In this document: one piece after another, positions 1-10,920 of the stretch
Layout of the letters: each line of letters begins with the position of its first letter
How positions within the stretch are numbered: position 1 is the first letter of the stretch
Assembly: GCA_965198115.1 (NCBI GenBank)
Contig: OZ240241.1
Location: 5,888,001-5,952,000 of the forward strand
Length of the DNA stretch: 64,000 bases
DNA from: Candidatus Latescibacterota bacterium
GTDB taxonomy: Bacteria; Latescibacterota; UBA2968
Reading direction: 5' to 3'
The notes under the pieces: generated by a model
What the model saw: the letters and a program-made list of their open reading frames with translations, nothing else
What the model was told of the DNA's origin: nothing
Database searches by the model: none
Program-made: the position numbers and the translations under genes

Positions 1-435
1 ACGGAGGATGCGGTAGTTCATGCATGGTTCAGGGCTACGATGGCATGGGCCACCGGGAGGTCCGGGCCGAGAAGGAAAAAGGATATTGGGCAAGTCCGGT
101 AAATCTGAAACACAACCGATTTCTCGGCCTGCTCCTGCTTCGGAAGGGAAAGAGCCAGTATCCGCTACGATCGTTTTTGACCTGCCGATTCAGTTGGGAT
201 TGGGGATACAAGGCGTTATTCGCCTGCCGAAATCGGCCATCGAGACCGTGAAGCAATTGAAAACACTTCTCGTGAGCGACGATGCGTCAAAGGGTGAGGG
301 AGGTGGCTGAAAGACGGGCGTTGCTGAAGATCGGAACTGCTTGACAGCGAAGTTCGCATGGGCGATTGTTGTCGTGCAACGGATTTGCGGCCCGTTGTCG
401 TTGTGTCCCGGAGGGTGCAGGTCCAGAGGGTCGGA

Positions 436-890
436 TGCACCCGGCTTCCGAGAGCAGTTTCCGAACTTCTGGTGTATCCTTCCTCGCCCAGATCATCTGC
501 GCTGTGCAGACCACGACAGGCTTGAAAGGCTCCCAGTGCTTCCCTCCACACTTCCCGATGCACTCGGCAGGGATGACCTCAGCCAGGTCCTGGGCCGTCT
601 GTTCCAAGAGAGTGCGGTTGGGCACAAAGTAAATCGTCTTCCGGCCGATCTTCTGGATCGCGACGGCAGCCGTCACCGTCTTCCCTGATCCTGTGGCGTG
701 GGCGATGATGCCCCGGCTCTTGACCAGAGCAGCCTCCGATCCCTCCTCCTGGTAGTCCCTCAGGTGCATAGTGGTCTTCCCCAGCCGGTAGGACTTCTTG
801 TCATTCTTCCGCAAGTCGATTACCCGGCACGGAATCCCGGCTTTCTTGAGGGCGGCTATGACGGGACTGGTCCATCCGGTGGGATAGGTC
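436..890 (-). pseudogene. SF2 (XPB/UvsW-like) helicase N-terminal fragment
   Basis: Within ORF 287..1657(-): LRDYQEEG (Q motif), HATGSGKT (Walker A), FVPNRTLLEQ (motif Ia), VVVCTAQ (Ib). Similarity stops just before the expected DExH motif. Boundaries approximate. Confidence 0.75.
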
Positions 891-897
891 CCTGTTT

Positions 898-2030
898 TCC
901 CAAGGCTCGGATTGCACGACAGTTGGGGGTATCCCGGGGGACCGTGTACAACCACCTGGAGAGAGAGGAACCGTTTCCGAAGCTTCGGAAAAAACGGGTG
1001 TCGAAGCTGGAGCGGTTCAAGGGGTATATCGGGTCCCGCCTGGAGCGGTTCGACCTGCCCTGCACGGTGCTGTATCGGGAGCTGGTAGCGCTCGGATATG
1101 AGGGGGGTCTGACGATCCTTCGGGATTACGTGCGTCCCCTCAAGCGAGAGCTCACCCGGCGGGTCTGCGAACGGTTTGAGACCGACCCGGGACGACAAGC
1201 TCAGATCGACTGGGGGGAGTGCGGAACGGTGGTCGTGGACGGGGAGCGCCGGAAGCTCTACGTCTTCGTGATGGTGCTGGGCTGCAGCCGGATGCTGTTC
1301 GTTCGTTTCACGACCTCTTCGAAGCTGCCCGTGCTGATGTCGTGTCTGCAGGAGGCCTTCGGCCGGATCGGCATCCCCCGGGAGATCCTGGTGGACAACA
1401 TGCGGCAGGCCGTGGATCAGCACGACGTGACCACCGGCACGGTGCGATGGAACCGATCCTTCCTGGACTTCACAGAGCACCACGAATTCCTCCCGGCAGC
1501 GTGTCCGCCCTACTGGCCCCGGGCCAAAGGCAAGGTGGAGCGAGGTGTGGGTTACGTGAAGAAGAGCTTCCTGGAGGGTCGGTCGTTCACGGATCTTTCT
1601 GACCTGAACCACCAGGTCGATGCCTGGGTCGATACGGTCGCCAACGTGCGCATCCACGGCACGACCGGCGCCCGTCCGATCGACCGCTATGCCGAGGAAG
1701 CCCCGGCACTGTCCGTTTGCGAGCGTGCCGGCCTACGATACGCGCCCGGTGGAGCTGCGTGTTGTGGCCTCTGACAGCCACATCAGCTTTGGCAGCGTGC
1801 GCTACAGCGTGCACCCGATCGCGGTGGGACGAACCGTCGAAGTTCGTCCGGAGGGCGAGAGCGCGGGGGCGGCGCTGACCGTCCACCACGGCGATCGGCT
1901 CGTGGCGACGCACACGCGAGCTCCTCGGGGCAGCCGCGATGTCACGTTGCCCGAACACCTCGATGCCATCTGCAAACTGACTCGCGGTCGTCCACAGGCA
2001 ACCCCGCGGAAAGCGCCACAGTTCGTGTAG
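898..2030 (+). mobile_element. istA: IS21-family IstA transposase remnant, N-terminally truncated, frameshift near 1710, no istB
   Basis: IARQLGVSRGTV HTH, RFETDPGRQAQIDWG, ILVDN, KGKVER, ANVRIHGTTG. C-terminal part (HISFGSVRYSV) continues in ORF 1620..2030. Confidence 0.9.
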
Positions 2031-2064
2031 CTGCCCCCGTTGTCCCCCGAGGTCGCTCACTCTC

Positions 2065-2215
2065 AGGGTCAGCTCCCGCTTAGGGGACGCACGTAATCCC
2101 GAAGGATCGTCAGACCCCCTCATACCCCAGCGCCACCAGCTCCCGATACAGCACCGTGCAGGGCAGGTCGAATCGCTCCAGGCGGGACCCGATATACCCC
2201 TTGAACCGCTCCAGC
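2065..2215 (-). repeat. Inverted, diverged partial copy of istA (about 1006-1160)
   Basis: Reverse complement reads gctggagcggttcaaggggtatatcgggtcccgcctggagcg..., matching position 1006 onward with scattered substitutions. Confidence 0.9.
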
Positions 2216-2253
2216 GATGGATTTTCCGGACGGAAAACTACTATATTGGAGCT

Positions 2254-2457
2254 ATGGCGAGACTCGAGCGGATAGGTGCCACAGAAGCAGCTGCCCGAAA
2301 GGGGTGCTCAAGGCAGGCGATGAACTATGCGATCAGAAATGGCAAGATCGATGCGGAGCGCATTGGCAACCAGAACATCGTTGTTGTGAATGACCGATTT
2401 CAGGACCGGCAACCGAATCCAAGAATGAAGAGGGCGGGTAGACCAAGATCAGTCTGA
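2254..2457 (+). CDS. Small HTH DNA-binding protein, excisionase/RDF-like
   Basis: 67 aa, GATEAAARKGCSRQAMNYAIRNGKIDAERIG resembles MerR/Xis-type HTH. GGAG RBS; lies next to the att site. Confidence 0.6.
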   Translation: MARLERIGATEAAARKGCSRQAMNYAIRNGKIDAERIGNQNIVVVNDRFQDRQPNPRMKRAGRPRSV

Positions 2458-2575
2458 GGCTGAGACCAGCCAGCAAAGTCGTGGTGGAGCGCTGTGATCC
2501 GGTTAGATCTGGCTCCGAATGGGGTTACATACGACGTTACGTTTATATAACTCATTGTAAATACTATTATGAATT

Positions 2576-2659
2576 CCTGCCTTACAAGCAGGAAGTCACT
2601 GGTTCGAATCCCACCTTCGCCCGGCGGGCTACGGCGGACAGGCCGGGTATCGCCTACCA
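2576..2659 (+). tRNA. tRNA-Val(TAC) 3'-half pseudo-tRNA/att site, interrupted by a palindromic insert
   Basis: Anticodon arm CCTGC-CTTACAA-GCAGG, variable loop AAGTC, ACTGG-TTCGAAT-CC, about 34-nt insert, then GGT-ATCGCCT-A-CCA. No 5' half or D-arm upstream. Confidence 0.85.
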
Positions 2660-2797
2660 CATCGAAAGCAACGGGTCACAACCATTGGATCGTGACCCGT
2701 TTTTCTTTCGAGAACAGGATTGGTGGGCCGAATGAAGAGTACGTTTCCCGCAGATCCACATTGCCCATCTATCCGAGAATCTGAAACCGCGACGCGT

Positions 2798-4557
2798 CTA
2801 CGACGCTCGGTCCCACGGGAACGTCCACGTCGGCCGATGGGCGTAGCGCTTCGTTCGGATCTCTATTCGGCCGCCGCAGCCTGGTGCCAGCAGGATCGAG
2901 AAGGCGATGTCTCCGATCTCGACGCTTTCCTCACTGTCGAGCGTGACATTCGTGATCTCGTGCTCCGCGTAGCCGCCGCCCTGCACGATGATCGTCCGTG
3001 GCTCAACCGGGTTGACGTTGACGAGCGTGAGCGTCACGGCGTCATCCGAGAGCTTTTCGACGAGAGCGGCGACATCTCTGGAACGCCGGCTCGCTGTCCC
3101 TCCGGATCGAAGTAGCGGAGACGGCAATAGAGCGGCGATCCGACGCGTCCGGTCGGTAAACCTCCCAGCATCAGTTGCGTCAGGGTTTCGGTCTTAGCCG
3201 GATTGATGTGGTTCATGTCGTCCGACAGGCGGGTGTCGGGCGAACAGGTGTCGGCGGCCATTTCCTCCATGTCCTGGCGAACACGTTCCAGCGCACTCTG
3301 CAGCGCGACCGTCGGATAGTCCGCGTTCTTCCCTTCGAGATACCGCACCCACGGATTCTGCTCGACACGCCCGAGGTCGTCGCGATTCATCGACCAGTAC
3401 CAGACTTCGAGCGCACCCGAGTCGAAGGGCTTGTCCTTCCAGTCAAACCAGTCTTCCTCGCCGAAGTAGTCCCCGTAGGCGTTCGGCCACTTGGTCTGCC
3501 CGTCGATTTCGCGCGCGTTGTTGTTGATGTAGTCGATGACGCCTCGCCACGTGTCCACGTAGCGTTGATCGCCGGTTAGCATGAGTCCAACGCCGAAACC
3601 ATTGATCGCTCGCGTGTGGGAGTAGGTGCGATGGGCCAGTTCGCCGGTCTGCGGCACGATGACGGTGAAGCCCCAGCCGTAGATGCCGCCATACCATCGA
3701 CCGCCGCATTCTCCGCCGATTGTTCCGTCCAAGCCGATGTTGGTGGGGATGATCCCGCCATTCTCGGCGGTTCGTTCACACCACGCATCGATGTATTCCA
3801 ACGCCCAGGCGCGATACTTCTCCTCGTGCTCCACCATATACGCGTTCAAGGCCAGCGCCGTCGCGGCGAGGTTCATGGGATTGTCGCCAACGACGTCGTT
3901 GTAGTCCTGGAAATGAGCGACCATCTCTTCAAAGGACCGCTCGCCGTGACCCAAACGGAAACGCCCTTCGATTTCGATCGGATCTCCAGCCCAGTCTAAT
4001 CCAGTCGCCTTGCGCAGGAGCGGACCACGGCTGCCGTTGAAACAGCTGCGGATGATCTTGTGCTCAGGATCGTAATTGGGCGCCTGTGGGTCTTCGTTCA
4101 TGTAGAAGCCGGCGTAGCGCCTCGCACGGATCTGTCTGGCGGGGTCATAGGGATCCGACAGTCCCTGGAGATTGAAGGCGGAAAAACCTTCTCCGTGGTG
4201 GAACCAGTCGAACATCACGGGAAACTCCTTGTAGTACATCCCGTCGCGTCCCAGATCCACTTCCACCGTCTTGGCTTCCGTATACTGTCGGAGGTGTCCT
4301 TCCCACCCTCGTTTAAACAGGGCCAACACCGAGTCCGCGCCACCCAACGCGTGGAGCATCGTCCAGTTCAGCTGATTCTCTGCCGCGTCATCCGGCCCAT
4401 CGTCGCCGCCCCAGCGTGGGACGCACAGGAGATAGCCCCGCTCGTCGAAGTAGTGGTCATAGAACGCCTCGCAGGCGTCACTCTGAGCCTTCAGCAGCTG
4501 GCGCTCGAGCAATGCCCACGCAGGCGGTGCCATAGGTGTATCAATGTGTAAAGTCAT
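2798..4557 (-). CDS. Conserved hypothetical protein (about 585 aa), frameshift near 3075
   Basis: ORF 3034..4557 continues in ORF 2798..3127 (DVAALVEKL...TFPWDRAS) if one G is restored. Aromatic-rich globular sequence. Confidence 0.7.
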
Positions 4558-4715
4558 GAGTTCCTCTCGATTCGGGTGAGACTATTCACAGCGGCTTCTG
4601 CTGCGATCATTCGTTGCCTGAAGTTGTGCACGGAATCCTCACCGAAGCAAGAACAGTGGTGCAGGTGGCTTTGATGTCGTCATGATTCAACGCGGGAAGC
4701 ACTTAAAGATTTCAA

Positions 4716-5666
4716 ATGGAGGATTTCATGGCGCTGGCAACCAGAAAACTCGGAACCACAGGCATCGAGGTTTCGGATGTGGGGATGGGATGTTGGGCGA
4801 TCGGGGGGGTGTCATTCCGGGACGGCTTGCCATCCGGCTGGTCGGGCGCTGACATCGAGCAATCTCTGGAAGCAGTCCGGTGTGCGTGGGATGCAGGGGT
4901 GACGCTTTTCGATACGGCGGACGCTTACGGACGGGGTAAGAGTGAGGTTCTACTCGGGATGGCCCTGAAGGAGCATAAATCCGATGCGGTGATCGCAACG
5001 AAGGTGGGTACCAGTCTGGCGGCTCCGGGACAGATCTTCACAGAGCCGTACATCCGCGGTGCGATTGACGCGAGCCTGACGCGACTGGAGACGGATTGCG
5101 TCGATGTGTATCAGCTTCATGGCCCGTCCCTGGATGCGATGACAGACGACTTGTTCGATTTACTGGGGTCGCTCAAATCGGAGGGGAAGATCAGATCCTG
5201 GGGCGTGTCGATCGGCTCGGTCGAAGAAGGTCAACGCGCTATCGAGGGCGGTGCCGAGGTCCTCCAGCTCGTATATAACATCCTACACCAGGAGGTTGGC
5301 GACGGGATCTTTCCCCTTGCAGAGAAAAGGGGGGTGGGCATCATCGTGCGGGTTCCGCTGGCTTCCGGCTGGCTAACGGGGAAATACGACGAGAACACGG
5401 TCTTTCCGAAAGAGGATCACCGGAGCCGCCGGTTCAGTGATGAGGAAACGGCGACGATGGCCGCAAAGGTAAAGGCGCTCGATTTTCTGCTCGAAGAAGC
5501 CGGTACGCTGGCCGAGGCAGTGCTTCGGTTTACGCTGATGCCTTCGGCCGTTTCGACGGTCATTCCCGGCGCGAAGTCAGCGGCACAGATCAGGGATAAC
5601 GTGGCTGCGTCCGGTAAGCCCCTGTCGGACGGTGCCATGAGGCGGATCGAGGAGGTTATTGGGTAA
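4716..5666 (+). CDS. Aldo/keto reductase
   Basis: GMGCWAIGG, FDTADAYG-G-SE, IATKVG, SL-RLETD-VDVYQLH, STVIPGA. Start may be 4728. Confidence 0.93.
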   Translation: MEDFMALATRKLGTTGIEVSDVGMGCWAIGGVSFRDGLPSGWSGADIEQSLEAVRCAWDAGVTLFDTADAYGRGKSEVLLGMALKEHKSDAVIATKVGTSLAAPGQIFTEPYIRGAIDASLTRLETDCVDVYQLHGPSLDAMTDDLFDLLGSLKSEGKIRSWGVSIGSVEEGQRAIEGGAEVLQLVYNILHQEVGDGIFPLAEKRGVGIIVRVPLASGWLTGKYDENTVFPKEDHRSRRFSDEETATMAAKVKALDFLLEEAGTLAEAVLRFTLMPSAVSTVIPGAKSAAQIRDNVAASGKPLSDGAMRRIEEVIG

Positions 5667-5838
5667 AATACGTGCGCAGGAAGGAGCTGTAGGAGGTAAG
5701 GACTTATGAAACCCCAGGGTGTCATTGAGCTTCGTGATGCGCATCCGGCTGTGTTATCCTCTGGTGACAAGATCATCAGAGCATAGGGACCAGACACAGT
5801 CGAGTCCGGGGAATCAACAGACCCGTGTGGAGGAGCGT

Positions 5839-6778
5839 ATGGAAGGAGCGGCTGAGACACAGGCATCGAGCGTCTCGACCATGACGACGACCGACCTCGA
5901 GGCAACGAAAGAGCATTTGGACGTCCACGGGTACTGTATCGTCGAGGGAGCGATCAGCGCCGAAGAAGCGGCTGCGCTACGCGATCGGCTGACCGAGCAG
6001 GCGAAGGCCGAGGCGCAACTCGACAGGACCCGTATCCTCCCCGACAAGAAGCAGATCATTTGCGTTCCTGATCAACAAGGGCCGGGGATTTCGTGATCTG
6101 CTGTTCCATTCCGTTATGCGAGAGCTGGTCGGGCACGTGCTCGGCGATCTCTACCTCCTGTCCTCCTACAACGGACACATTGCCCACCCGGGTGGCACCA
6201 AGGTATTCCACACCGATCAGTGGTGGATGCCCCCACCCACAAATACTCGCAAGGAGTCCTTGATTCGCACAGGATCGATCCATCGCGATAACCAGCGAGG
6301 TCATTACCAGTTCGGCGAGGCCCGGATGGATCCGGTGACCATCTCCCCGGCGTGCACGTGCAACGTGATGTGGACCGTCGACGACTTCACAGCCAGGAAC
6401 GGCGCCACCATCGTGGTGCCGGGAAGTCACCTGTGCGGCCGCGAGCCCGATCCTGAGCTCGATGAAGACGCCAACTGGACCCCCGCGCTGGCTCCGGCGG
6501 GAAGTTTCGTGGTGCTGGATGGACGCGTGTGGCACTCCACTGGAGCCAACGTGAGCGACCGGACCCGGATCGGTTTGACGACCAATTTCTGTGCGTGGCA
6601 ATTCCGCCAGCAGGAGAATCTGCCGATGGGGGTGTCTCCAGAGGCTCTGGAAGACGCCTCCGATGAGTTGTTGGATCTGATCGGTTTCCGGCCGGCATTC
6701 GGGTATGGTGGGTTGGGGGTACCTGGCGAGAGGATCGAACGAGGCAGCTACGCGTTGGGAGAGCTAAGGCCCACCTAG
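5839..6778 (+). CDS. Phytanoyl-CoA dioxygenase (PhyH) family, frameshift near 6060
   Basis: LDVHGYCIVEGAIS, FHTDQ (HxD), DDFTARNGATIVVPGSH, VWHSTG. An extra T in a T run splits the ORF. Confidence 0.88.
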
Positions 6779-6824
6779 CTGCTTATCCCGACCGCACGCA
6801 TCCGATGCAAAGAGGAGGCTTCCG

Positions 6825-7723
6825 ATGAAACCAACCATCGACGTACTACAGTCGACGCTTGGTGTTGTGATTACGGACGTCGATCTGAATGACCTCGACG
6901 ACGAATCGTGGTGCCTGATCGAGGACGCTTTTCACCGGCACGCAGCGCTGGTTTTTCCCGCACAGCACCTGAGTGAGGAAGCACAGGTCGCATTCGGTGC
7001 TCGGTTTGGGGATATCGAGATTCTGCGCGAGAATGCTCAGGCGGTTCAGTTCAGCAACAAGAATTCGGATGGCACGATGCTCGAGCCGGAGGAGTTTCGC
7101 TTCAAGGCGATGCGTGGCAACGAAGGTTGGCATATGGACAGCACGTACATGCCGCTGGCTGCCAAGGCCGGGTTGTTGTCTGCCGTGGAAATACCTGCCG
7201 AGGGCGGGGAGACCGAGCTGGCGGATATGCGAGCTGGCTACGACGCCCTCGACGACGCAACCAAGGAGCGGATCGCGGACCTTTCGGCCTATCACTCCCT
7301 TTACGCTTCACAAGCCAAGATCGGCCACATCGTGGAGACGGGCTCTGGCTATGGCTACCACGACAAGGCGCACCGCTGCGTCCACTGGTCAAGATTCATC
7401 CGGTAACGCAGCGCAAAGCTCTCTGCATAGGGCGGCACGCCTATCGAATACCTGGCATGGATGATGCCGCCGCACAATCTCTGCTCGATGATCTGCTGGC
7501 GTCCGCCTGCCAGCCGCCGCGCCTGTATACCCATCACTGGGTGCCTGGCGACTTGCTGATCTGGGACAACCGTTGCGTTCTCCATCGTGCCAGACCTTAC
7601 GACTTCAAGAAGCCACGCGTTCTGCTCGCCACCCGGATAGCCGGCGATCCCGCCACGGAGCTCGCACCGACCGGCCACGACGAACGCGCCAGCGGCTTTC
7701 ACCCGTCCGTTTCCAACCACTAG
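6825..7723 (+). CDS. TauD/TfdA Fe/2OG dioxygenase, frameshift near 7367
   Basis: WHMDSTY, GGETELADM, PLVKIHPVT, GDLLIWDNRCVLHRA. Confidence 0.9.
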
Positions 7724-8588
7724 TGTCGTGTCCCGCGAATAAGTTTTAGAAGTCTGTTGAGTTTGTCGAGGATCGAGTCAGCGGTTGCCGTCCACACGAA
7801 AGGCTTTGAGTTCTGATTGTATTGGTCTGTGAACTTCTGGATGCAGGTGATCAGATCCTTGACGTTCCGAAAGGTTCCTCGTCGGATTGCTCTTTGTGTG
7901 ATGATGCCGAACCAGATCTCTACCTGGTTTAGCCAGGAGGCATACGTTGGTGTGTAGTGCACGTGGTATCTTTTACGTGAGGTGAGCCAACGTTTGACGT
8001 TCTGGTGCTTGTGAGTGCCGTAGTTATCGGCGACCAGATGGATGTCGAGATCCTTCGGGACGTTTTTGTCAATGTGCTTGAGGAACTGAAGGAACTCTCT
8101 GTTGCGATGTCTGGGCTTGCACTGAGTCAGGACTTTTCCTGATGCGATGTTGAGCGCCGCAAAGAGGGTAGTCGTGCCGTGCCGTGTATAGCTGTGAGTG
8201 ACGCCCTCGACATACCCGAGGCCCAAAGGGAGAATCGGTTGCGTCCGTTCGAGTGCTTGAATCTGGCTCTTCTCGTCTATGCAGAGCACCATTGCGTTGT
8301 CCGGCGGGTTCAGGTATAAACCGACGATATCCCTGACTGTCTCGACGAAGAAGGGATCGTTCGACAGCTTGAAGTGCTTCTGACGATGCGGCTGCAGTCC
8401 AAAGGCTCTCCATACACGTTGCACTGTGGACTTTGAGAGGCCCGTCTCATCGGCCATCGCTCGACAGGTCCAGTGGGTGGCACTCTTCGGCTTCTTCTTG
8501 AGCGTCTTGTAGATGAGTGAGGAGATCTCTTCGTCGCTAACGGACCGCGGACCACCAGGACGTAACTAAACCTTGGTAAGCCCCCGGC

Positions 8589-9976
8589 GGTGAGGTCCCT
8601 ATCCTAGTTGAAACTTAAAGGGCTCCAAACTTACGTTGTGGGTAGACGTGTGAGAGCGTGTACCCGTAAGAAAGGAGCCCACGATGGAGAAGCTATTTGC
8701 AGGGGATGGCGAAGTCAAGGTTGGGTCAGACGTTATGGATTTGGAGACGCGTTTATCGGTGATCCGGGCGCTGATTCCGCTGGGTCTGGAGGCCGTTGCC
8801 GACGTGCTCCAGCAGGAGGTGGAGCAGCTCGCAGGCGTTCGGTATGCGCGTAAGGGTTCAGAGCAGTCGCATCGTCGATGGGGAAGCCAGAAAGGGTCCG
8901 TGTATCTGATGGACCAGAAGCTGCCGGTGGCCGTTCCCCGTGTGCGCGACGTCGAGTCCGATACGGAGGTTTCTCTGGCCGCATACCGGGGGATGCAGAG
9001 GCCCAGAGCGATGGATGAGAAGCTGCTGCTTCGTGTGCTCAAGGGAATCTCCTGTCGCAACTACAGAGCCTGTGCAGAGTCGGTACCCGAAGCGTTCGGA
9101 ATTTCGGCATCCTCCGTCTCGCGACGGTTCATCAAAGCCACCGCAAAGAAGCTGAAGCAGTTCCAGGAACGACCGCTCGACGACTACGACTTGGTCGCCC
9201 TGTTCATCGACGGAAAGAGCTTTGCCGACGAAGAGATCGTGATCGCTCCGGGCGTCACGACGGACGGCCAGAAGATCCCCCTGGGCTTCGTCGAATCGGC
9301 GACGGAGAACGAACGGATCTGCCGTCAGCTGATCCAGGATCTCATCCGGAGAGGCCTGTGCTACAACCAGGGCCTTCTCGTTGTGCTGGACGGCTCAAAG
9401 GGACTCCGCAGTGCCGTCACCAAAGCCCTCAAAGGGGATGTGTGCGTGCATCGCTGTCAGTGGCACAAGCGCGAGAACGTCGTCAGCTACCTCCCGGAGG
9501 CAGAACGTCCAAGAGTTCGACGGAAACTTCAGAAAGCCTATGACTGCGACACCTACGAGGAGGCAAAGGCCGCACTCGAATCACTCAAACCCGAACTCAA
9601 GCTGATGAATCAGTCTGCCGTGGCAAGCCTCGAGGAAGGACTGGAGGAAACCCTGACCCTCCACCGGCTGGGGATGCTCCCGTTCTTGAAGCGAAGCTTC
9701 CGAACCACCAATTGCATCGAGGCGCTCAACAGCATGACCGGCAACCTGATACGGAAGGTCAACCGCTGGAACAACTCTCCTCAGCGACACAGATGGGTCG
9801 CGGCCGCACTCCTCGACATCGAACCACGCCTGCGACGCGTGAGCGGATACAAACACCTCCCGCTGCTCAGGCAAGCACTGAAAAACAACCTGAATCTCGG
9901 CGACAATCAAGATGCTCGGCAGAGAGCATGAATACCACGGAGCCCGATGAGTTTCAACTGACTATGGGACTTGACC
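8589..9976 (+). mobile_element. IS256-family element copy A
   Basis: 8-bp TSD cccccggc (8581-8588 and 9977-9984). Imperfect TIRs GGTGAGGTCCCTATCCTAGTTGAAAC / GGTCAAGTCCCATAGTCAGTTGAAAC. Confidence 0.92.
8684..9931 (+). CDS. IS256-family transposase
   Basis: LFIDG, VVLDGSKGL, RCQWHKREN, TTNCIE. Confidence 0.92.
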   Translation: MEKLFAGDGEVKVGSDVMDLETRLSVIRALIPLGLEAVADVLQQEVEQLAGVRYARKGSEQSHRRWGSQKGSVYLMDQKLPVAVPRVRDVESDTEVSLAAYRGMQRPRAMDEKLLLRVLKGISCRNYRACAESVPEAFGISASSVSRRFIKATAKKLKQFQERPLDDYDLVALFIDGKSFADEEIVIAPGVTTDGQKIPLGFVESATENERICRQLIQDLIRRGLCYNQGLLVVLDGSKGLRSAVTKALKGDVCVHRCQWHKRENVVSYLPEAERPRVRRKLQKAYDCDTYEEAKAALESLKPELKLMNQSAVASLEEGLEETLTLHRLGMLPFLKRSFRTTNCIEALNSMTGNLIRKVNRWNNSPQRHRWVAAALLDIEPRLRRVSGYKHLPLLRQALKNNLNLGDNQDARQRA

Positions 9977-10081
9977 CCCCCGGCTCTGCCGGGGAGACTC
10001 CCAGAGTTTGACAGTTCCAGAAATATGTAAGAGCCTCCCTTGCCGTGGACCGCTCAAAGCACACGGAAGGAAGGCTCTCTA

Positions 10082-10513
10082 ATGAACAACGTAAGGAGTC
10101 TACGTCACACGGTATGGGAGTGCAAGTATGACGTTGTTTGGGTTCGGAAGTATCGTAGAAAAGTGTTGTATGGTGAAATTCGTCGCTATCTGGGCGAGGT
10201 GATTCGGGATCTGGCCGCACAGAAGGAATGCCGTGTGGAAGAGGGTCACCTGCGATCCGACCATGTGCACATGCTGATTTCGATCCCGCCGAAGCACTCA
10301 GTAGCTCAGACGGTAGGGTTCATCAAAGGAAAGAGTGCGATTCACATTGCTCGGAACTATCTGGGACGCAGGTCGAACTTCACCGGGCAGCATTTCTGGG
10401 CAAGAGGCTACTGGGTCTCCACCGTTGGCAAGGATGAACAGACGGTTCGGGAGTATATCCAGAACCAGGAGCGGGAGGACCGGCGTCTCGACCAGCTCAA
10501 CATTTTCAGGTAA
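10082..10513 (+). CDS. tnpA: IS200/IS605 Y1 (HUH) transposase
   Basis: KYRRKVLY, DHVHML (HUH), GFIKGKS, FWARGY, YIQNQ. Confidence 0.95.
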   Translation: MNNVRSLRHTVWECKYDVVWVRKYRRKVLYGEIRRYLGEVIRDLAAQKECRVEEGHLRSDHVHMLISIPPKHSVAQTVGFIKGKSAIHIARNYLGRRSNFTGQHFWARGYWVSTVGKDEQTVREYIQNQEREDRRLDQLNIFR

Positions 10514-10920
10514 TCGCCACCTTTAGGTGGCGCTTGGTTTCCAACCGCTTTGAGCGGTTCACAAGTTTTCAAGCCTCCGGCTTTGCCGGAGGTCATGACT
10601 CGTCATACAGTCCCATCAAGCCTTGCTCGCAGAAGCGACGGCGCCATTTGCCAACGGACGCTCCGGACAACCCGACTCGTTCGGCGATCTCCTGATTGGT
10701 CAGACCACCATCGCTCAGCAGGACGATCTTCGCCCGACGCACCAGAGCGTGAGGCATGCTGCGCGAACCGGACAACGACTGGAGTTGATCGCGGACTTCA
10801 TCACTGATGTTCAGTGGTTGTAACGGACGACCTCTTGCCATCGGTTCCTCCTCACAATGAGTGCCTGAGGAACCTTACGACTGTATCACGAATTTTTCTA
10901 GTTATTCCTGAGACGAGACA

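Larger units (their letters stand above)
8568..10600 (+). mobile_element. IS200/IS605-family element (tnpA only), left end disrupted by IS256
   Basis: Removing it restores the IS630 sequence cgtaact|cgtcatac. Terminal hairpins ccccggctctgccgggg and cctccggctttgccggagg. Boundary ambiguous by 3 nt (act). Confidence 0.88.

Noticed and set aside
2576-2659. Functional tRNA-Val with an intron
   Set aside because: No 5' acceptor strand or D-arm upstream.
10514-10600. TnpB/IscB or omega RNA
   Set aside because: The element ends about 90 nt after tnpA; the hairpins fit ordinary IS200 right-end structures.
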